64,000 bases of DNA, from positions 64,728,001-64,792,000 of the forward strand of contig OX597827.1 of the NCBI GenBank assembly GCA_951406725.2, read 5' to 3'. The DNA is from Octopus vulgaris. Lineage: Eukaryota. Position numbers and translations under genes: made by a program. Shown here one piece after another: positions 54,830-64,000 of the stretch. The notes under the pieces were generated by a model, which saw nothing but the letters and a program-made list of their open reading frames with translations, searched no databases and was not told the DNA's origin. Position 1 is the stretch's first letter. Each line of letters starts with the position of its first letter.

Positions 54830-55580
54830 ATTTCATTGAGCCGAAGGGATGAAAGGTAAAGCTGACCTGAGTGGCATTTGAACTCTCAACGTAATTCCGG
54901 AAGATACATTATTAATCATATTATTTGACATACTAACTATTCTGCCAGCTCGCCTATTTACATATTTCATACTTTGAAACAAGGCCAGTAATTTCAGGGG
55001 AAGAGGTAAGTTGATTACATCGACCCCAGTGTTCAACTGGTTCATATTTTTTCGACCATGAACGGATGAAAGGCAAAGTCGACCTCGGCGGAATTCGAAC
55101 GCAGAACGTAGAAACAGAGGTAATACTGCAAAGCGTTTTGCCCGGCGACCCGACGAGTTTGCCTGCTCGTCAGATTTTGTCACAAGGCCAACAATTTCAG
55201 GGAAGGAGGTGATTTCGAGGGGAGGGGTAAGTCGATTACTTCGACCCTAGTACGCAACTGGTACTCAATTTATCGACCCCGAAAAGATGAAAGGCAAAGT
55301 CGACCTCGGCGGAATTTGAACTCAGAACGTAAAGACAGACGAAATACCTATTTCTTTACTACCCACAAGAGGCTAAACAGAGAGAGTACAAACAAGGACA
55401 GACAAATGGATTAAGTCGATTATATCGACGCCAGTGCGTAGCTGGTACTTATTTAATCGATCCCGAAAGGATGAAAGGCAAAGTCGATCTCGGTGGAATT
55501 TGAACTCAGAACGTAACGGCAGACGAAATACGGCTACACATTTCGCCCGGCGTGCTAACGTTTTTGCCAGCTCGCCACCT
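54830..55580 (-). mobile_element. SINE family B array (about 4 copies, old to young)
   Basis: GATGAAAGG(T/C)AAAG at ~54848, 55065, 55287, 55470. Confidence 0.88.
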
Positions 55581-55979
55581 TATTCACAATAGCCTATTAA
55601 GGTTAAATTTACAAAATGCTCTATTTCATCAGTGACATTATCTTCCTATACCGTTCCTTGACTCCTCTGTCGACAGCCTCTTACGATCGAACATGCCATA
55701 TATAGATCTTTCTAGGATACTTTATTATTAATTTAGATTTCATAATCTATTTTAACATTAATTTTCACAATCCCGTGAAATTAAATAAAAAAAATAACTT
55801 GCTTAATCCATTTCTTACATTAATGTCCCGTAATCTTTTAACCTAACAACCATAATTTTTCATCTAAATTTAATTTCTGTAATTTATTATTAAGTTAACT
55901 TTCATGATATATTTTTAAGTGATCTATAAAAATCTATTTTCTTTAACTTCTATTTTCTATTTCAAATTAATTTTCAACG

Positions 55980-56360
55980 TTGCTGTGTAAGAGGTTTAAT
56001 TCCTAACTACATGGCTGCGGGTTCAATCCCGCATCATGGCACCTTGGGCAGGTTTCTTCTACTATAACCACGTGCCGACCAAGTCCTTGTGAGAACATTT
56101 GGTAGACGGAAACTGCAGGAAGCCTGCAGCATATGTATATATATTTTTGTGTGTGTCTGTGTGTGTCTATATATTCGTACCCCACCACCGTTTGAAAAGT
56201 AGTGTTGGTTTGTTTGCGTCTCTGTAACGTACTGGACTGGCAAACGCACAAAACAAAAAATACACTAGCATAAACTTCTGGGGTCAATTTTTACGAGTAA
56301 ACCCTTCAAGGCGGTACCCCAGCTGAGTCGCAATCTAATTATTAAGTAAAAGATAAAAGA
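55980..56360 (+). mobile_element. SINE family A, diverged
   Basis: GGGTTCAATCCC...GGCACCTTGGGCAGG...TTTGGTAGACGGAAACTG. Confidence 0.8.
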
Positions 56361-58229
56361 TGTATTTTTAATTTAACTTTTCTCTTTTGTAACTAATGCT
56401 TTCATGTTTCAAAAATATATTTTCATAATCAACTTTCGCTTTTTCTGTAGACAAATCCAGAAGTTTTGTGGGAGACAAACTCTTACTGAATTCTGGAAGA
56501 AGGTAAAACTTCAATTCAACGAGGTACGAATTCTTTAGGTAACTAAATACTGTAACTCACGTTATCCGATGCTACGTCAATTCTGTTATCCGTCGCTCTT
56601 TCCCGATGAGAAAGACAACAAAAATATATGTTTCCATATTTACCATTGGTTGCTTTTGTTTCTCCTATGCGTTTGATCAGCATGGGTTTGCTATGGGTTG
56701 AAAAACAGCTTCTACCTACGCCAGTTTATTGGTTACCTTGTTTTCTAGAATTTTTTACCGTTCAACGACCTCACGTCAGAGCTATATGGCAGTTATATCG
56801 ACTTCTGTATCGGCATCACTGAAATTGCAAGACAGCAGCTAAATTCTTTGGTATCGTTCGCTAATACTTTAGATTAACTTCACTTCACTTTAGATGTAAC
56901 ATCTCCATCAATAACTTGACTATTTGGTTTCGACCGAAATCTCATCTCCTTTCGCTGGCGTAAACAGATACATCAATTTTCTCAACAATCCACCTTACTT
57001 GCACTAAATTCACTTTCCTTCCCTCACAGTTGCTGCTTTACGCTTTGACAACGAGTCCAAGTCAGACCACACAAGCCATTTTTCTTCAAATGAGTGTTTT
57101 CTTATCTACTTTCGACCTCATCTCAGCCCTTCAGCCCTTCAGCCCTTCAGCCCCAGGTACTCACATCTTTGAAACACCTTCCCTTTTAATACCTTCCTCT
57201 CCTCTACACAGACTCTCCAAAGCGTGATCTTCCTCATTTCCCTGCTTTGCTTTCTCTAATTTGTTCAGCGGCCACCTTCATCTCTCTGTAACATCCAGAG
57301 TTCGGGATGTAAGCCATTGGATGTTCTGGATGTTAGCCATTGCATAATCAACATCACTGCTCATTTTCCATATCTACTCACCACTGTTCCGAAACGACAT
57401 ATCAAGCCCCCGTCCCTTCTTTTCTTTGTTACTAACATGACCCCTGAATACTATCACATCGATCTATCTCTATTCTTTTCCGCTACAAATAAACTGAGCC
57501 TGAATATTGATACTTTTTCTTTCTTTCTTCACAGCAACTCCATTTATATTATCTAAGGCCATAAAGTTTTATTCTGCGTAGCAATAATTCATTTGGTTGC
57601 ACAGAATAATTACCAGATCATTTGGGAATAATAATCGAAAATGATAAATGCATAATAATTATAATTGTCACTATATAATTTAACTTCAGTAATCTATTTT
57701 TAATTAAACTTTCCTAATCTGTTTTTAATTTAACATTTTATAATTGATTTTTATTTAACGCATACAATCTATTTTTTATATATATTTTATAAGCTATGTT
57801 TGTTGTAGCGCTCAAAATCTAATTTCTATTTAACTTTCATGATGTTTTATGAAATTTAACTTACATTATCTATATTTAATTTATCTCTGATAATTTCTTA
57901 ATTTACATTTCGTAATCTACATTTGATTAATCTTTGTTTAGGAATTCACTATCAAAATCAAATATCATTAATTATTTTAATTTTATTCTTAAATTAAAAA
58001 AAAACACAGCTTCAAATATTTTTCGCGGAATATAGTCAATTATATCAGCCCCAGTATTTCATGGATGCTTACATATGTTTTTCGTCCTTAAATGGATAAA
58101 AGTCGAATTTGACCACGTTTAGATTTGAATACAAATTGTAGATAGCCTGTAACTACATTCAGTAAACCCACTTCACTAAACTGTAGGAGATGCAGTGTTA
58201 GCATTCTTACTAGATTGGTGTTTATGCGA

Positions 58230-59025
58230 TTCTTATTTCTTTATTGCCCATAAGGGGCTAAACATAGGGGAACAAACAAGGACAGATTACATCAACTCCA
58301 GTGCGTCACTGGTACTTAATTTATCAACCCCGAAAGGATGAAAGGCAGAGTCGACCTGGGCAGAATTTGAACTCAGAACGTAGCGGCAGACGAAATACCA
58401 CTAAGCATTTCATCCGGCTTGCTAACGTTTCTTATTTCTTTATTGCCTTCAAGGGGCTACACAGGGGGACAAACAAGGACAGACAAAGGGATTAAGTCGA
58501 TTACATCGACCCCAGTGCGTAACTGGTACTTAATTTATCGGCCCCGAAAGGATGAAAGGCAAAGTCGACCTGGCGGAATTTGAACTCAGAAAGTAACGGA
58601 GACGAAATACCTATTTCTTTACTACCCACCAGGGGCTAAACATAGAGAGGACAAACAAGGACAGACAAACGGATTAAGTCGATTATATCGACCCCAGTGC
58701 GTAACTGGTACTTATTTAATCGACCCCGAAAGGATGAAAGGCAAAGTCGACCTGGCGGAATTTGAACTCAGAACGTAACGGAGACGAAATACCTATTTCT
58801 TTACTACCCACCAGGGGCTAAACATAGAGAGGACAAACAAGGACAGACAAACGGATTAAGTCGATTATATCGACTCCAGTGCGTAACTGGTACTTATTTA
58901 ATCGACCCCGAAAGGATGAAAGGCAAAGTCGACCTCGGCTGAATTTGAACTCAGAACATAACGGCAGACGAAATACGGCTACGCATTTCGCCCGGCGTGC
59001 TAACGTTTCTGCCAATTCACTGCCC
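58230..59025 (-). mobile_element. SINE family B tandem array (4 units, ~181-200 bp)
   Basis: CCCCGAAAGGATGAAAGGCA at ~58328, 58542, 58723, 58906. Confidence 0.93.
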
Positions 59026-59058
59026 TTGTTTATGCGATTCTTGTTGATGGCATTATTT

Positions 59059-59280
59059 AGGCGGCGAGCTGGCAGAATCGTTAGCACGCCGGGAGAAATG
59101 CTTAGTGGAATTTCGTTTGCTGCCACGTACTGAGTTCAAATTCTGCCCAGGTCGACTTTGCCTTTCATCCTTTCGGGGTCGATTAAATAAGTACCAGTAA
59201 CGCATTGGGGGCGATATAATCGACCAGTCCGTCCCCGTACCCCAAAAGTTTGAAGGGCTTGTGCCTAGAGTAGAAATAAT
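59059..59280 (+). mobile_element. SINE family B-related copy, opposite orientation
   Basis: GGCGGCGAGCTGGCAGAATCGTTAGCACGCC...CCTTTCATCCTTTCGGGGTCGATTAAATAAGTACCAG. Confidence 0.9.
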
Positions 59281-60382
59281 TATTTAGGAAACAGATCTTC
59301 CGGCTTTTCACCTTGTGAATTCAAATTCCGCCGAGATCGAATTTGCCTTTCATCGTTGGGGTTAATAAAAATAGGTACCTGTTGAACATTGGATTTGATG
59401 TAACTGATATACACATTCCATACTATTACTGGCTTTATGTCAAACCTTTGGAACAGTTATCTAAGAGCAGATCAATACTGATGAAGCATATCAATGAAAA
59501 CCCATATACGGCTATGAGTATCCTGACTGGACGCTGTAAAAATTTGGATCGAGGTAACCACTACTGGATAACCACTGCTAGACATTAAAGAATTTGTGTT
59601 GTCATTTTTCCTGTTCTGGATATGTTCTGTAAAACCGTTCCAATCCATTAAAACAGCAACGAAATATCGTTCCGATCACAAATTACCGTTAGTGAAAACA
59701 AAACCCCAGAAAACAAAATAAAAAGCAAAACAAAACAAAAAACCCCCCAGAAAATACATTGCGTTACGTGATCCTAAAGAGTGAGTAAAAATCCTGACAC
59801 AAGGAGACAGTTGATTATATACTTCACTATTTCAGCCTTTTGTGTTAAATTTTTACGAAAATAAAATATCTAAGCTTATAAATATGCTTGTACTGTATGA
59901 ATTTATATTCCGATACGGAGAGAATAATACTTTCCAGCTACATTTACGTAGAAAAGAAGAAACACCTAGTTTCACTGCTTTCGAGTCATCTCGTTTTTTG
60001 TGACACCTTATCTGGTTAAACAGTTGTTTGCACGTATTCAAAATAATCGAAAAGTTTTTAGAGAGAAGCACTGATGAGATTCAATTACTCTGAAAGAAAG
60101 TTTAGTTGTATGCTACTAAGGCTATATTTTACAGATGTGCCTGTTTATATATTTTATTCTCACGTAAGTTTCTTGAACGAAGACGGTTAAAATGGTGACG
60201 CTAACAACTCTGAACGGCGGAGAAATGCTGGAGGAAAGATAAACCACTGCAACTTCGAGGCGAGGTGTTTGTGGAACTGTGAGCTGTAGAGATAGTCTAT
60301 TATGGAATTTGATAGAAATAAATTGTTTAATACAATGCCGTACTCAATGTCTTTCTTAATTTGTTACCACTCTTAAACACGT

Positions 60383-60426
<44 letters not shown>

Positions 60427-60665
60427 CATGCACACACACACAGAATCATGCACGCACGCACACATACTTACACACAAATATATATATAGATTTATACACA
60501 TCCATATGTATGTAAGTATATGTATGGATATACGTTTGTGTGTGTATAATTAAGCATATATAGAACTATATATCTATATATACATTATATACACAAACAC
60601 ACAGACACGTATTTATATGTATGTATATGTATATGTGTATGTGTATGTATCTCTTTCTCTCTCTC

Positions 60666-60706
<41 letters not shown>

Positions 60707-61727
60707 AGAGAGATAGAGAGGGAAGAGACGGAGAGGAAGAAAGAGATAGAGAAGAAATATGTTGATTTCAAAACTGAAGGAGCCAGATGAGATTGTGACA
60801 TACACGTAGATGCCTTATCAGAGACAGCTCCGAGAGTTAATCAGACGTATAGAACACAAATTCGATTATACCAGCAATTTCAAACGTAGCATCATTGAGA
60901 TATATCGGATTAAAAGTGAGATTGAAGTGGGAGACGCTTTAAATTAATTCTATATCCTGTCAAAATATTTTTCTTTTTCTCTGCAGAATCCAATTCCTTT
61001 TATTTGTTTTTTTTTCTTTAATGTTTTTTTTTTTTTTTTAAAGTTTTCTTCTTGTATTTCTAACTGCATGAAATTTTTTTTTTTTTCATTTATAAAGATA
61101 CAGCTCATGTCTGTCTGGTTTATGTTACAACAATGTTTGTACGTACATCTGTGTATAAATACGTATATGTGTATTTATATGAACGCATGTGCGTACGTAT
61201 AAATGGAAGAGTGCATGCATATAGAAAAATATAACGTTTGTATGCATCTATGTTTGTAATTATATGTATATCGATACAGGTAAACTATGTACGTATACAG
61301 GTAAGCTATGTACATATAGAAGTAAAACATGTGATTATATGAATTTATATATATGTTAGTCATTACATTTGTATATGTACATACACACAAATATATATCA
61401 AATATACATATATATATGTAGTATATATTTTTTATACATACACATATGTGTGTTGAGAGAGGTTATGTATATCTTATATGTGCGAATGTGTATGTGTTTA
61501 ACTCACATGTATATATATATATACATACATACATACATATATATATATATATATGTGTGTGTGTGTATGTATGTGTGTGTGTATATACATATATGTATAT
61601 ATACACACACAACAAAAAAAAAACAAACAATAAAATAACAACAAAGAGAAAGACAAAGGCAAATTGAATTCCGTACAAATATGTATATTCATGTGTATAT
61701 ATATGTATATGTAAATATACACATACT

Positions 61728-61781
<54 letters not shown>

Positions 61782-61817
61782 ATATGTATATATATATATC
61801 AATATATAAATAAATAA

Positions 61818-61855
<38 letters not shown>

Positions 61856-61990
61856 GTACATTATTGAGATGTATAATTATATGCATATATATACTTGGAC
61901 ACACGCACACACACATACACACACATATATGTATATGCCTACGAGTCTACGTGAGTGCGTTGCGATCAATACACTTTGTTTTCGTGCACA

Positions 61991-62040
<50 letters not shown>

Positions 62041-62046
62041 CATACA

Positions 62047-62111
<65 letters not shown>

Positions 62112-62491
62112 GTATACGTGCACTCATTCTCTCTCTCTCATACACACACACACACACACACACATATATTTGTATATACATATATACACACAGGTATATA
62201 TTGATGATTACTTACATATTTCGAGTATCGATAGTCGATGATGATTATGAATCAGCACCAGTTTCTTGGGCAACGCTATAATTGTAAAACAACATCAACA
62301 AAAAACCTTAACAACAACGAGAACGACAACAACACACCAACACAAGACAATGACAAATTGAATTTCATATAATTTGCGAAAGAAAAAAATGAAATAATAA
62401 AGCTGCATCAACGGCAATGAGTACGTTGTTTTAATATGATACAGGAAATAATTAATGACAATAACAATTCTGGGGAAGACTAATTAGTTCA

Positions 62492-63235
<744 letters not shown>

Positions 63236-63455
63236 TATATATGTATATATAAGTATATGCATACGTGTGTATGTGTACGGATATCTGTGTTTGTGTATAT
63301 GTGTAGTGCATGCTCGTATGTTTGTGTATTTGTGAGTGTGAGTGCGTGTGTGGCTTATAGACATTTGAATATATAGATTTATACCTTAAAACTTTTAATG
63401 TATCTACACATTCATATGTACATATACATATACATATATACATGCATGCAAACAT

Positions 63456-63524
<69 letters not shown>

Positions 63525-63798
63525 TTCAGCGTTTTGTACGTTCTTAGTACGAATTGTAAGGCGTTAATAGATTTCTTTTTCAATCGTTTCAATGCTGCAT
63601 ACAAAACTAAATACATTACATACCTAACCATACCTCCGAGCACATACGTATGAATGTTTCCCCCGTGAAAGACATCGCATGAGAGTTCTGCTTTTTGCCG
63701 AACGACCTGTGCTAGTGATTTGCTTATAGTAATCAAATGTGTCTGTTGTACATTAGCTTCTTCCTTCAATCAAATCGACGTGGCCTGAACAGATGTAT

Positions 63799-63888
<90 letters not shown>

Positions 63889-63914
63889 ACACCCACCCAC
63901 ACACACACACACGC

Positions 63915-63945
<31 letters not shown>

Positions 63946-64000
63946 TATATATATTATTTTATTAATTAATTAATTAATTAATTAATTATTTTTTAAATAT

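Noticed and set aside
58230-59025. Regularly spaced repeats resembling a CRISPR array
   Set aside because: Whole units are homologous SINE copies, with no unique spacers or cas genes, in eukaryotic context.
59479-59520. CTGATGA agcatatcaat GAAA
   Set aside because: No convincing stem III, GUH site or stem I.
60071-60110. CTGATGA gattcaattactct GAAA
   Set aside because: No pairing for stems I or III.

Overview
AT-rich, microsatellite-dense eukaryotic non-coding DNA (intronic or intergenic). I recognise the repeat families from memory as octopus-type cephalopod repeats; this was not checked against a database. No host protein-coding exon can be supported, and almost all ORFs in the track are microsatellite or SINE translations. 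The window holds: dozens of copies of four tRNA-derived SINE types (here A-D) with swapped modules and tandem arrays; decayed transposons (two mariner pieces, an RTE RT fragment, a Dong/R4-like RLE fragment inside (TAA)n, an RT-deleted HERO-like element, a LINE 3' end sharing its tail with SINE B, a hAT terminus); and an initiator-tRNA pseudogene. The most notable signal is a cluster of type I hammerhead-ribozyme-like motifs at 18.7-22.9 kb and 34.8-35.9 kb. They sit in small palindromic or tandem elements next to (TA)n tracts, resembling Penelope pLTRs or retrozymes. Three rearrangement junctions fall 5-10 nt downstream of the predicted cleavage sites.
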